Virus record (IMG/VR): IMGVR_UViG_3300027976_000208
Span: 1-24,779 of that record
Strand: one strand, 5' to 3'
DNA from: a virus
Lineage: Duplodnaviria; Caudoviricetes
DNA length: 24,779 bases
Position 1 is the stretch's first letter, and each line of letters begins with the position of its first letter. The notes below the pieces were generated by a model. It saw nothing but the letters and a program-made list of their open reading frames with translations. It was not told the origin of the DNA and made no database searches. Shown here one piece after another: positions 1 to 8,862 of the stretch. A program made the position numbers and the translations under genes.

Positions 1-10
1 AACCGCAGCA

Positions 11-367
11 ATGCGGATTCGGCTGGTTCACGCAGCAAAATCGAACGAACTAGTGCTAGCCATCGTCGAAAAGTTTCCGTGCGGTCGCGTAGAAACAGAG
101 CAGGTACTAGAGGTCGCCAATAAAATCCTAGATGGAAACGCACGCCGAGTTGCTATCGTTGCTCAACTGCAACTAGCAGAAGAGCAAAATCGTATCGATG
201 CGCTCAACACACACCCGCTGCTCATCACGGGTCAGGGTTCGAGCCGCCGAGAATACACAGAGGCTGATGCGGTTCGGAGTAGCATTACGCATAGTGCTGG
301 CATCGGGTGGATTGCAAACATGCGAAATGCTCTGTTTGGCAACCGCGACGGCAAAAATATCGCTTAA
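11..367 (+). CDS. Hypothetical phage protein (frame is open to the left window edge, may be 5'-truncated)
   Basis: 118-aa ORF co-oriented with the operon; no stop between position 2 and the ATG at 11; no recognisable motif. Confidence 0.6.
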   Translation: MRIRLVHAAKSNELVLAIVEKFPCGRVETEQVLEVANKILDGNARRVAIVAQLQLAEEQNRIDALNTHPLLITGQGSSRREYTEADAVRSSITHSAGIGWIANMRNALFGNRDGKNIA

Positions 368-370
368 CAC

Positions 371-417
371 ACGCGGTATGGATACGCCAGCACCCATATC
401 GCGTCAACACCGCTGGT
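371..417 (+). promoter_or_regulatory. Predicted H-type RNA pseudoknot immediately upstream of the RBS of the SSB-like gene
   Basis: Stem 1: 371-381 ACGCGGTATGG pairs with 394-404 CCATATCGCGT (11 bp, one G-U). Loop bases 386-391 GCCAGC pair with 412-417 GCTGGT. AAGGA follows at 421-425. Confidence 0.5.
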
Positions 418-433
418 TCAAAGGATGCACAAA

Positions 434-895
434 ATGAAACTGATAGATAGTAGCGAGAATGAGAAAAAAACTTCGTCAGGTGGAAAAAGCAACGCGGTTC
501 TGCCTGCGAATACATACCGTGCGCTCATCGTTAAGTCTGAGGAGGCGATCAGTCCATTCCCGAATGTGATTACCACAGATAATCCACAGGGTATCGTCCT
601 CAAGGTTTGGGCTGATGTCAATTTCAAGGGCGAAAGATATCGTCTCTTCGACGATATCCCTTGTACGCATCACTCTCGGATTAACGACTTAATCGCATCG
701 GCGGATCAACCACCTATCCCAACTGGTGGAGATTTTAACCCGCAATCTGTATTAGAGTGTGAGATTACGATTAGAACTTATATTACGCAGGGTGGTAAAC
801 ACAAGATCGGTGATTATGTGCGAGCCTTACAGGTTGGTAAGCCCGATGGGACTGTGAGTCGATTAGGTGTATCTAATATCGAAATACCGTTCTGA
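434..895 (+). CDS. Putative phage single-stranded DNA-binding protein (DUF669-like)
   Basis: AAGGA at 421-425 then ATG at 434; LPANTYRALIVKSEE resembles the DUF669 N-terminal motif; C-terminus EIPF resembles the SSB tail; sits directly before the primase-helicase. Confidence 0.6.
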   Translation: MKLIDSSENEKKTSSGGKSNAVLPANTYRALIVKSEEAISPFPNVITTDNPQGIVLKVWADVNFKGERYRLFDDIPCTHHSRINDLIASADQPPIPTGGDFNPQSVLECEITIRTYITQGGKHKIGDYVRALQVGKPDGTVSRLGVSNIEIPF

Positions 896-912
896 CGACA
901 AGTCTTTCGATC

Positions 913-955
913 GCCCCACCAGATTAGGAGGTTCTTGATTTGGTGGGGTTTTTAT
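913..955 (+). terminator. Intrinsic terminator after the SSB-like gene
   Basis: GCCCCACCAGATTAGGA (913-929) pairs with TCTTGATTTGGTGGGGT (933-949), with G-U pairs, followed by TTTTAT. Confidence 0.75.
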
Positions 956-987
956 CTAAAAACGCTTGACAACTTGGAAAGAATGCC

Positions 988-2895
988 GTGAACGAAATAG
1001 CAGCAGCACCGCAGATAGAGGCAGCCTATAGCCTGCTCGGATTTATTTTTGATACCGATGATCTGATCGAATTTAGAGCGATCGGCCCCAACAGATTACA
1101 GGCATGGGCAAGGTTCCAAGACGCTCGCACTGTCGTCCAAAACCTTGCCACGCTTGGCGTAGGAACGCACATTTATTTTGGCGCAAATCCGCGTCTGCGG
1201 GAGGGCGGCAAGGCCGAAGATGTTGCACTGGCCCGTTGTCTATTCGCGGATTGGGATCGAGGTACTACCATTGAGCAGGCTAGAATTAGGTGGACTGATG
1301 CTTGCATCCCCGAGCCGACCGTGATTGTTGAAAGTGGCGGCGGAGTTCACGCTTGGTGGCGGTTGCAGGAACCAATTACCGACATGGTTCAATTCAGTCA
1401 GCAGCAGAAATCATTGGCAATCAGGCTGGGTAGCGACCAGTGCATCCACGATGCACCGCGCATCATGCGTTTGCCAGGCTTTCCGAACTGGAAATATCCG
1501 TCGCAACCCGTGTGCGTGGTTGCGCACGCCGAGCCCGACAATATCTGGTCTATCGACGAATTTCCCTCACCCGAACACATGCTGAAAGCCGTCAGGGTTA
1601 GTGCGCCAGTCGCACCCAAGAGCATGAGTGTGCTGTCGCAGCGATTCTTGCACGACGGCGCGTGCTTCCACTCTGGTCGCAGGCAAACTATATTCACGGT
1701 TGCGTGCGATCTGAAAGCGAGGCAGTGGTCGCTCGGCGATGCTCACCGTGCGATTATGCAGCGTGCGCAGACTCTCGGCCTTTCCTCCGAGGAGTTACTC
1801 GATGTGCCGCGCCAGATAGGCAATGCGTTCGCCAGAGAGCGTTTGCCTATCGATGGAGATGCTGATACGGCAACACCAATACCCGATGATCTGATCGCAC
1901 AGGTAGATATATGCGATTTGGCACAGCGGCACAGTCAACTGCGACAGGTGCTAATCCACAATCTGCTACGGTCGGGCGAGACTATGAATATCATTAGTGC
2001 CCCCAAAATGGGAAAAAGTTGGCTCGTTAATGATCTTGCAATATGTGTAGCCACTGGGCGAAGTTGGCTTGCAACATACGAGGTTGAGCAGGGTCGAGTA
2101 TTGCTAATAGATAATGAGTTACACGAAGAGACTACAGCGTATCGCTTGCCGCAACTTTGCCGCGCTAAAGGTATATCAATGAACGAACTAAAGGGTAGGA
2201 TTACTTGCGTCAATCTGCGCGGCGGGCTGTGTGATTTTCACACACTTGGATCAAAACTCATGAAGGAACTGAATGAGGGCGATTACTCGTTAGTGATCTT
2301 TGATGCTTTTTACAGATTCATTCCAGCAGGAATATCTGAAAATGACAACGGTGCAATGGCTGCTATATACAACCTGTTAGATTCTTGGTCACGGCGGCTC
2401 GGTTGCGCGATGGTGTGCATCCATCACACTTCCAAGGGCAATCAGTCAGAGAAATCCGTGACCGATGTGGGGGCGGGCGCAGGCTCCATGGCCCGAGCGG
2501 CGGACACCCACCTGGTGCTTAGGCACCATGAACTCGCAGATCATGTTGTGCTGGATGCGGCCGTTAGGTCATTTCCACCAGTCGGATCTATGGTCATCCG
2601 TTTTGATTTTCCTGTATTTTACCCAGAGCATGGGGTGGAACCCAAACTAAAAACGATGAACAAGGTAGATGACGGCTGGGACGCTGATAGATTTTTGAGA
2701 GAGGTTATTGGAAGCGGTTGCAAAGTTCAGGACTTCGAGCACATTTCAAAATTGCCAAAATCAAGATGCAAGATTTTGCGTCAGAAATTGAGTACCGATA
2801 ACCTTATAGACATGATCGAGGTTCCAGAAATGCACGGCGAACCGAGGCACTACAAATACATCCCAAAGTCTTATAACAATGGTGGTGGAGCGTGA
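988..2895 (+). CDS. Bifunctional primase-helicase: N-terminal RepB-like (AEP) primase plus C-terminal RecA-family (AAA_25/RepA-like) helicase
   Basis: Primase motifs LFADWD, PTVIVESGGGVHAWW, DAPRIMRLPG; Walker A SAPKMGKS; LLIDNE; Walker B VIFD; IHHTSKG; GAGSMARAAD. GTG start. Confidence 0.88.
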   Translation: MNEIAAAPQIEAAYSLLGFIFDTDDLIEFRAIGPNRLQAWARFQDARTVVQNLATLGVGTHIYFGANPRLREGGKAEDVALARCLFADWDRGTTIEQARIRWTDACIPEPTVIVESGGGVHAWWRLQEPITDMVQFSQQQKSLAIRLGSDQCIHDAPRIMRLPGFPNWKYPSQPVCVVAHAEPDNIWSIDEFPSPEHMLKAVRVSAPVAPKSMSVLSQRFLHDGACFHSGRRQTIFTVACDLKARQWSLGDAHRAIMQRAQTLGLSSEELLDVPRQIGNAFARERLPIDGDADTATPIPDDLIAQVDICDLAQRHSQLRQVLIHNLLRSGETMNIISAPKMGKSWLVNDLAICVATGRSWLATYEVEQGRVLLIDNELHEETTAYRLPQLCRAKGISMNELKGRITCVNLRGGLCDFHTLGSKLMKELNEGDYSLVIFDAFYRFIPAGISENDNGAMAAIYNLLDSWSRRLGCAMVCIHHTSKGNQSEKSVTDVGAGAGSMARAADTHLVLRHHELADHVVLDAAVRSFPPVGSMVIRFDFPVFYPEHGVEPKLKTMNKVDDGWDADRFLREVIGSGCKVQDFEHISKLPKSRCKILRQKLSTDNLIDMIEVPEMHGEPRHYKYIPKSYNNGGGA

Positions 2896-3007
2896 AACGC
2901 CACCACGCCACCACCATAGTTATCGGGCGCGTAGCAGGGTGGGGGGTGGAGGTGGTGGAGACCCCCTACGGGGTATCTCCACCACCACCACCACCACCAC
3001 CTGCCAC
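2873..3007. repeat. Two tandem GGTGGTGG/CCACCACC inverted repeats with a (CCA)7 tract; putative replication origin or primase recognition site
   Basis: Hairpin 1: 2879-2888 pairs with 2908-2917, flanked by ATAAC/GTTAT. Hairpin 2: GGTGGTGGAGA-CCCC-ctac-GGGG-ta-TCTCCACCACC (2951-2986), extending imperfectly to about 2931-3007. (CCA)7 at 2979-2999. Confidence 0.65.
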
Positions 3008-3058
3008 TGCGAGGGGCGAGACGATTTAACATAACTTTTCAAAATTTAGTTATCAGAC

Positions 3059-3388
3059 ATGAATGCTAGAAAAAAAATAACTGTCGAGCAGGCGGTTGAG
3101 GCCCTTCTCCATCTCGAGACTGGGTCGATTAGTCAGCAGGCTCTCACGCAGTGGAGGATCGCTCTAGGGAACGATCTGGAGACTTTAGCGACGATGGTAC
3201 GGATTGTGGCTATGATCGCACGGTGCCCGATCCTAGTGGCTGCAGAGGCCATCGGTGTAAGCGCCTCAGACAGCGCAGAGGGTGTCAGGGCGTATCCGCC
3301 AGACAGCGATTCGCTCAAAGCGTGGGAACCACTAATGACGGGCGCTCTTCTGCTGTTGCGTTCCACTTCGCGCCACAAACTGACATGA
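3059..3388 (+). CDS. Hypothetical protein, possibly HTH-containing
   Basis: 109-aa helical ORF; ILVAAEAIGVSAS weakly resembles an HTH. Confidence 0.55.
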   Translation: MNARKKITVEQAVEALLHLETGSISQQALTQWRIALGNDLETLATMVRIVAMIARCPILVAAEAIGVSASDSAEGVRAYPPDSDSLKAWEPLMTGALLLLRSTSRHKLT

Positions 3389-3395
3389 TAACCAT

Positions 3396-3641
3396 ATGCA
3401 CGATGTCACCGAACACATTTTGCGGTGGGGGCCATGCGATGGCGATATGGTTCATGTTGAGGGCGAGCCCAACGAAATGAGACTGCCCGTAGTTCAGGGG
3501 TGCTGTGTCGAGGATCTACCGCACATTATCAGTAAAGGGCAATACTCTGAAGCCATATACTTATTTCGAGATGGAGCGTGGTGGTACTCGGGACGCATCA
3601 GGTACGGTAGAGACGGCATTGCCTATTGGCATGCATCGTGA
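3396..3641 (+). CDS. Hypothetical small phage protein (GPxDG motif)
   Basis: 81-aa ORF filling the gap between neighbours; WGPCDG motif near the N-terminus. Confidence 0.6.
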   Translation: MHDVTEHILRWGPCDGDMVHVEGEPNEMRLPVVQGCCVEDLPHIISKGQYSEAIYLFRDGAWWYSGRIRYGRDGIAYWHAS

Positions 3642-3659
3642 TTACGCTATAGTACTACC

Positions 3660-4013
3660 ATGGGAAAGACATCACGCGATAAGGGAAAGCGCGGTGAGAG
3701 AGAGGCGGCTGCTGCCGTCTCTCTTCATTGGAACGCGTCGGGCGCGTGCAGATCGCAACAGTTTTGCGGGCGTGTTGGTGATGCAGATTTGCAAGGGGTT
3801 AAGGGTTTGCACTGCGAGGTGAAACGATATAGTGCAATAGCCGCGATGAAATTCCTAGCGCAATCAGAGGATGAAGCAGCACCTGGCAATACTCCAATAG
3901 TTCTAATGCGCGAAGACGCAGGCGAGTGGACAGTTATGATGCGGGTTGCTGACGCACCAGAGTTTGCTCGAAAACTTTTAGATCTTATGCGAGGATACGA
4001 AAATGAAGCGTGA
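3660..4013 (+). CDS. Holliday junction resolvase-like PD-(D/E)XK endonuclease
   Basis: N-terminal SRDKGKRGEREA, then DADL and LHCEVKR, typical of phage Hjc-like resolvases. Confidence 0.85.
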   Translation: MGKTSRDKGKRGEREAAAAVSLHWNASGACRSQQFCGRVGDADLQGVKGLHCEVKRYSAIAAMKFLAQSEDEAAPGNTPIVLMREDAGEWTVMMRVADAPEFARKLLDLMRGYENEA

Positions 4014-4419
4014 GCGGCCTCCGCGCATCACATCAAAGAAATCTGTTACGCCATCGCTCACGCCACAACGCAATGATCGAGGCAACACAACCGATCGAGG
4101 CTATGGATCGCAATGGCAAAAGGCTCGAGCAGTGATGTTGAATGCTGAACCGTTATGTAGACGCTGTGCTTCATTTGATTTAGTTACGGCTGCTTGCCAT
4201 GTTGATCACATCATTCCTATTGCATTGGGTGGAGATAACAGCTATGAGAACATGCAACCATTGTGCTTCAACTGTCACGCGCGCAAAACGGTTCACGATG
4301 TTGCTCGGATAAAATCTACTAAGCGTTTGAAAAATAACGCTGAAATGTCATATGGCGATATTCGATCAGAATCGCCACACACGGGGGGGTATTTCAAAAT
4401 TAAGCTAAAAACGCCATGA
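4003..4419 (+). CDS. HNH endonuclease, HK97 gp74-like terminase cofactor
   Basis: RGYGSQWQKAR, PLCRRC, HVDHIIP, GGDNSYENMQPLCFNCHARKT; immediately upstream of the terminase genes. Confidence 0.92.
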   Translation: MKRERPPRITSKKSVTPSLTPQRNDRGNTTDRGYGSQWQKARAVMLNAEPLCRRCASFDLVTAACHVDHIIPIALGGDNSYENMQPLCFNCHARKTVHDVARIKSTKRLKNNAEMSYGDIRSESPHTGGYFKIKLKTP

Positions 4420-4580
4420 CCGTCGTTGTAATCACGATGCACACAGCCGACAATCAAGCATAAAAGCCACTAAAAATGCACTACATGGCGTTTTTAGAGT
4501 AGAATCGACATATAGTATGTATTTAGCCCAATATAGCCACTTTTTTTATGCGGTATATTTTACCTTTTTTTATGTTAGGA
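4383..4580. other. Putative cos/packaging initiation region with a perfect 14-bp inverted repeat
   Basis: G7 run at 4383-4389; CTAAAAACGCCATG (4405-4418) and CATGGCGTTTTTAG (4484-4497); repeated AGCCACT (4465, 4535) and TTTTTTTATG (4541, 4565); lies between HNH and TerS as in HK97-like cos phages. Confidence 0.55.
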
Positions 4581-4587
4581 TAGTTTG

Positions 4588-5052
4588 ATGCCACCAACAA
4601 GGATACCTACTAGCATTTTGCGTCTGCGTGGATCTGAGCTTTGCTCCGCCAGAGCAAGCGAACCGGTCGGTACAGATTCTCCCGCCCGGATGACCCCTAT
4701 GGTAGGGCGCAGCGATCGTGCTATGTTTTATTTCGCACAACTCATTAGTGATTTGCGTTCGCTTGGGGTGTACGCAGTTGAAGATTCAGCTGCTCACAAC
4801 TCATGGGCGCATGCGATGGACGAGATGGAGCGAGCAGAAATTGTGTTACTAGCCGAGGGAATGGTGACCACCTGCAGAAACGGAACACATGTGAATCCGT
4901 GGTGTAAAGTACGGGACTCCGCCAGGAATGAAGCGGCGAGGCTGTCAAAAGATTTTGGGTTGACACCATCGGCGCGCGTAGGGTTAAGTTCGTCGAAGAA
5001 AAAGACCGCAGATCAAAGTATCGAAAACATCTTCAAACGCAAAACCGCGTAA
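4588..5052 (+). CDS. terS: Terminase small subunit (P27 family)
   Basis: PTSILRLRGS at the N-terminus, VNPW, and the FGLTPSAR signature; AGGA at 4577-4580 favours ATG 4588 over TTG 4585. Confidence 0.92.
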   Translation: MPPTRIPTSILRLRGSELCSARASEPVGTDSPARMTPMVGRSDRAMFYFAQLISDLRSLGVYAVEDSAAHNSWAHAMDEMERAEIVLLAEGMVTTCRNGTHVNPWCKVRDSARNEAARLSKDFGLTPSARVGLSSSKKKTADQSIENIFKRKTA

Positions 5053-5131
5053 GCCTTTAAGCGTCGCAGGCTTCTCGGCAACGGCTACCGCTAAAAAGGG
5101 CGATTGGTTTGATTTTGAAGAGTTAGATCGG

Positions 5132-6640
5132 ATGGATCAATTCTTCAATCTGTTGCAACATCAGAAGGGCATCTGGGCTGGTCAAAGTTTTAAGCTGTTA
5201 CCGTGGCAACACCATTTGCTCGCATCGCTAATATGTTGGAAACGCATTGATGGAACGCGTCGTTTCCGACAGGCTTACATTGAAGTTCCGCGCAAGAATG
5301 GTAAGAGCACGCTTGTATCAGGCCTCGCGCTTTACATGTTGCTGTGTGATCGTGAGCCGGGTGCGGAGGTGTATTGCTGTGCGTCGGCGCGTGATCAGGC
5401 TGCAATCGTAGGTGATGCGTGTCGGCAAATGGCTCAAGGTTCTCCAGTGCTATCTAGTCGAGTTGAGATATTTCGCAATGTGATCACGCATGGGAATAGC
5501 AAACTAGAAATCCTGTCTAGTGATTCTGGAACCAAACACGGAAAGAATGCGAGTTGTTTGATATTTGATGAAACGCACACTTTTCCAAACAGAGAACTGT
5601 ATGACGCAATGGCTACATCCCAGGGTGCTCGCGCTCAACCGCTAAACATTTCAATCACCACAGCAGGCCACGACCGCGAATCATTGTGCTGGGAATTGCA
5701 TTCATACGCAGAGAAGGTGCGAGATGGAATTGTTGACGATCACGCATTCCTACCGTGCCTATTTTCTGCAAACATTGATGCGGATTGGAAAGATCCGAAG
5801 GTTTGGCGCAAGTGCAACCCATCGCTGGGCGTAACTATTCACGAAGACTTTTTAACTGCTGAATGTGAAAAGGCAAAAGAAATTTCTGGATTCGAAACTA
5901 CATTTCGTCAACTCTATTTATGCCAGTGGACTCAATCCAAGCGCACATGGATCACCGCGGATTCTTGGAATAAATGCGAATCAAGCACGGCCGATAAAGA
6001 TTCTCTTCGGGGTCGTGAATGTTATTTAGGTTTAGATCTTTCCACTAATACGGATCTAACGGCATTGGCCTTGATCTTCCCAAATTCCAATGGCAGCGTA
6101 GATGTTTTAACTCAGGCTTGGTGCCCCGAGGAGGGCGTATTGCGCAGGAGTCGCAGCGATCGCGCACCCTACGATGTGTGGGTACGCAAGGGGCATTTAA
6201 TATCTACACCTGGATCAGTTGTAGATTACGATTTTGTTGCGGATTACATCAGACAATGTTGCGTTCTCTATGAGGTGAAATCTGTCGGCTACGATCCGTG
6301 GAATGCAACGCAACTAAGCACGGGTTTGTACACCGAGGGTGTACCAATGATCGAAGTTCGTCAGGGCTATCGCACACTGTCTGAGCCATCAAAAAAACTT
6401 GAGGCATTGGTGGTTAGTAAAAAATTAAGACACAATGGAAACGATCTGTTAAACTGGTGTGTAAGCAATGCGGTGATTGACACAGATCCTGCGGGCAATA
6501 TAAAGCCAAGCAAAGCAACCAGCACCGAGCGCATCGACGCGCTTGCTGCGTTAGTGACTGCATTGGCTGCGTGGATGCACAAAGAAAATACTAATTCCGG
6601 ACCATCGGTCTATGAAGAAAGAGATTTAACATGGCTCTAA
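5132..6640 (+). CDS. terL: Terminase large subunit (true start may lie upstream; frame is open from 4988)
   Basis: LLPWQ, RRFRQAY, Walker A VPRKNGKS, Walker B LIFDE, ITTAG, nuclease motifs GLDLS, YDPWNA, ERIDALAA. Confidence 0.96.
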   Translation: MDQFFNLLQHQKGIWAGQSFKLLPWQHHLLASLICWKRIDGTRRFRQAYIEVPRKNGKSTLVSGLALYMLLCDREPGAEVYCCASARDQAAIVGDACRQMAQGSPVLSSRVEIFRNVITHGNSKLEILSSDSGTKHGKNASCLIFDETHTFPNRELYDAMATSQGARAQPLNISITTAGHDRESLCWELHSYAEKVRDGIVDDHAFLPCLFSANIDADWKDPKVWRKCNPSLGVTIHEDFLTAECEKAKEISGFETTFRQLYLCQWTQSKRTWITADSWNKCESSTADKDSLRGRECYLGLDLSTNTDLTALALIFPNSNGSVDVLTQAWCPEEGVLRRSRSDRAPYDVWVRKGHLISTPGSVVDYDFVADYIRQCCVLYEVKSVGYDPWNATQLSTGLYTEGVPMIEVRQGYRTLSEPSKKLEALVVSKKLRHNGNDLLNWCVSNAVIDTDPAGNIKPSKATSTERIDALAALVTALAAWMHKENTNSGPSVYEERDLTWL

Positions 6641-8313
6641 TTGATCTACTAAAGAGATATCTAGGTTCGCAGCCACCACGCTCAGACTATGAGGACAATA
6701 TCCCGATAGGTCAAACGCTTGGAGGATCAATACAATCATATGTACAAGCGCATTCTTACACTGGTGAATCAATCACACCACACCGAGCAATGGAGGCTCC
6801 GAGTGTATTCAGTTGTGTAAACTTAATCAGCAGCAGCGTTGCACGATTGGAATGGCAAATACTCCGAGAGAATCCCGAGGGCAAAATCAATGAGCCATCA
6901 CACCCACTGTACAATTTGTTGAATACTGAATGGAGTGATGATGTCGGCGCCATGCAAGGCAAGGAATTGCTGTTGCAATCCGCTTTACTCTCTGGGAACG
7001 GGTACGCCTACATTCATCGAGATGCTCGCGGGGTTCCAGTTGCGCTTGAACCAATACGCGCAGATTACATCCAAATGTACCGCGACGGTGAAAATCAACC
7101 GTACTATCAGGTTTATGGTGGAAAATACACGGGCACAGACACCGAGAAAGTTTCCAAGAAATTCCGGGCCTACGATGTTTTCCATCTGGTGGGCCCGTCG
7201 AGTGAGGGGCTGCTTGGAATCCCACCAATTCATCGCATGCGTGATTTGATCGGGCTTGAGTTAGTCATCTCAGAATATGTCACTCGGTTTTATGCAAATA
7301 ACGCCGTACCAAGTGGAACCCTGAGCATGCCCGGCAAACTTTCACCAGAGGCATCAAAGCGATTGCGGGAAGCGTGGACTGCTGCGCACGGAGGTGCTAG
7401 TCGTGCAGGTCGCGTTGCAGTGCTGGAAGATGGGTTGAAATATCAACAGTTGAGTAGCACGATGAAGGAAAATGACTTGATTGAGATGCGTCGGTATTGC
7501 AGACAGCAAATTGCTGCAGCGTTTCAGGTGCCTAGTCATAAAATTGGTGACTCCGATGGAACTTCCTACAACTCAGCCGAACAGGCTGATAGCGAATTTG
7601 TTAAACACACTTTGTCAGGATGGGCGCAACGATTAGAGCAAGAGGCCAGTAGAAAATTAATTGTGCGCGGTCAGCCGTATTGCACACGCATCTCATTTGA
7701 TTCTTTGCTGCGAGCTGATATGTCTACGAGATATGCAGCGTATGCAGTTGCAGTTACGAATGGATTGCTAACACCCAATGAATGCCGCGCATTGGAGGGT
7801 CGCCCAGCGATGGAGGGTGGTAATGCAATTCGCGTACCGCTAAACACAACGGCAGCAAGCAGTGCGCAGGCACAGCCAGACGCAGTGCCTGCTGTTCCTG
7901 CTAGTGTAGATGTTGCACCAGTTGAGATGTTGAGCAGTGCAACTGATATTGCACTAGCGGTAATCAAGCCGGCGGTGCAAGCAGCATTTGCTCGCAACAT
8001 CAACAAAGTTACTGAGTATTTAGTAAAGCAACGCACACAATCCAAACTAGATAAGTGGCATCCACCGATTGAAGATCTGCACGCTGAATTGCGAGCCTGC
8101 ATCGTCGGGCTAGGCAGTGTGCTCGATGCGGAAACTTCACTAGCAACATTGGATGCATACAGCGTCGGGCACGCGGGAATGCTTAGGCAGAGCGTCGGTG
8201 CAATTGCTGATCTGTCAACGGTGTTTGAGCAGTGGGAAAAAATTCCAGTTGCAGCCACCGAGGAACTTTTGAAATTAATAAACACAGGAGAAAACAATGA
8301 AAAACGAAATTAG
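6631..8313 (+). CDS. HK97-family portal protein with a long C-terminal extension
   Basis: VFSCVNLISSSVA, HPLYNLLN, LLSGNGY, GLLGIPP, QIAAAFQVP, LLRAD, TPNECRALEG; about 150 extra residues after the usual end. Confidence 0.95.
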   Translation: MALIDLLKRYLGSQPPRSDYEDNIPIGQTLGGSIQSYVQAHSYTGESITPHRAMEAPSVFSCVNLISSSVARLEWQILRENPEGKINEPSHPLYNLLNTEWSDDVGAMQGKELLLQSALLSGNGYAYIHRDARGVPVALEPIRADYIQMYRDGENQPYYQVYGGKYTGTDTEKVSKKFRAYDVFHLVGPSSEGLLGIPPIHRMRDLIGLELVISEYVTRFYANNAVPSGTLSMPGKLSPEASKRLREAWTAAHGGASRAGRVAVLEDGLKYQQLSSTMKENDLIEMRRYCRQQIAAAFQVPSHKIGDSDGTSYNSAEQADSEFVKHTLSGWAQRLEQEASRKLIVRGQPYCTRISFDSLLRADMSTRYAAYAVAVTNGLLTPNECRALEGRPAMEGGNAIRVPLNTTAASSAQAQPDAVPAVPASVDVAPVEMLSSATDIALAVIKPAVQAAFARNINKVTEYLVKQRTQSKLDKWHPPIEDLHAELRACIVGLGSVLDAETSLATLDAYSVGHAGMLRQSVGAIADLSTVFEQWEKIPVAATEELLKLINTGENNEKRN

Positions 8314-8821
8314 AACAACAGGCGTAACGCAATCAGCTGGTGCATTGCGAGTGCGCGGATATGCAGTTACATGGGCCGCCTATGACATGGGATCCGAATT
8401 GGAACGCATAGATCCGAACGCATTCGATCGGGCCCTCGAAGATCCGGGAGATATTGCACTGCTGTGGAATCATGATAGCGGTAAACCATTAGCTCGCGTT
8501 CGCGCCGGCAACCTGAGACTATTTGCGGATGCTACTGGCCTCGGATTTGAGGCAACATTGCCAGATACAGCGACTGCGAGAGAGGCCCACGCTCTGGTGC
8601 AAAGTGGAGTGGTAAGCCAGTGCTCATTTGGGTTTATGGTACGAAGGGAAACCTACGAAAAGGGCGATGGTAAAAAATCCGTGCGTGTGATTATGGATGC
8701 AGATTTGTTGGAAATTTCCCTAGTAACATTTCCGGCTAACCCCACAACGAGTGTTGAGGCTCGCGCAGCCGAAGCAACCCGTATTAAGACTCGGAAGATT
8801 GTATTATTTCCGGAATACTGA
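8297..8821 (+). CDS. HK97-family prohead protease
   Basis: VRGYA, ERIDPNAF, LLWNHD, CSFGF, LLEISLVTFPA; CAGGAG RBS. Confidence 0.95.
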   Translation: MKNEIRTTGVTQSAGALRVRGYAVTWAAYDMGSELERIDPNAFDRALEDPGDIALLWNHDSGKPLARVRAGNLRLFADATGLGFEATLPDTATAREAHALVQSGVVSQCSFGFMVRRETYEKGDGKKSVRVIMDADLLEISLVTFPANPTTSVEARAAEATRIKTRKIVLFPEY

Positions 8822-8828
8822 TATGCCC

Positions 8829-8856
8829 TTGACATAGGATTAAAATCATATACTAT
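8829..8856 (+). promoter_or_regulatory. Sigma70-type promoter upstream of the capsid genes
   Basis: TTGACA (8829-8834), 16-nt spacer, TACTAT (8851-8856). Confidence 0.65.
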
Positions 8857-8862
8857 ACCAAC

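Noticed and set aside
966-994. Perfect TTGACA upstream of the primase-helicase
   Set aside because: No acceptable -10 hexamer at 16-18 nt spacing, so not called as a promoter.
2881-3001. GGTGGTGG as Chi sites, or the repeats as a CRISPR array
   Set aside because: Differs from E. coli Chi (GCTGGTGG), is clustered in inverted orientation at one locus, and has no repeat-spacer periodicity.
7671-8297. 208-aa minus-strand ORF
   Set aside because: Antisense shadow of the portal C-terminus; no recognisable motif.
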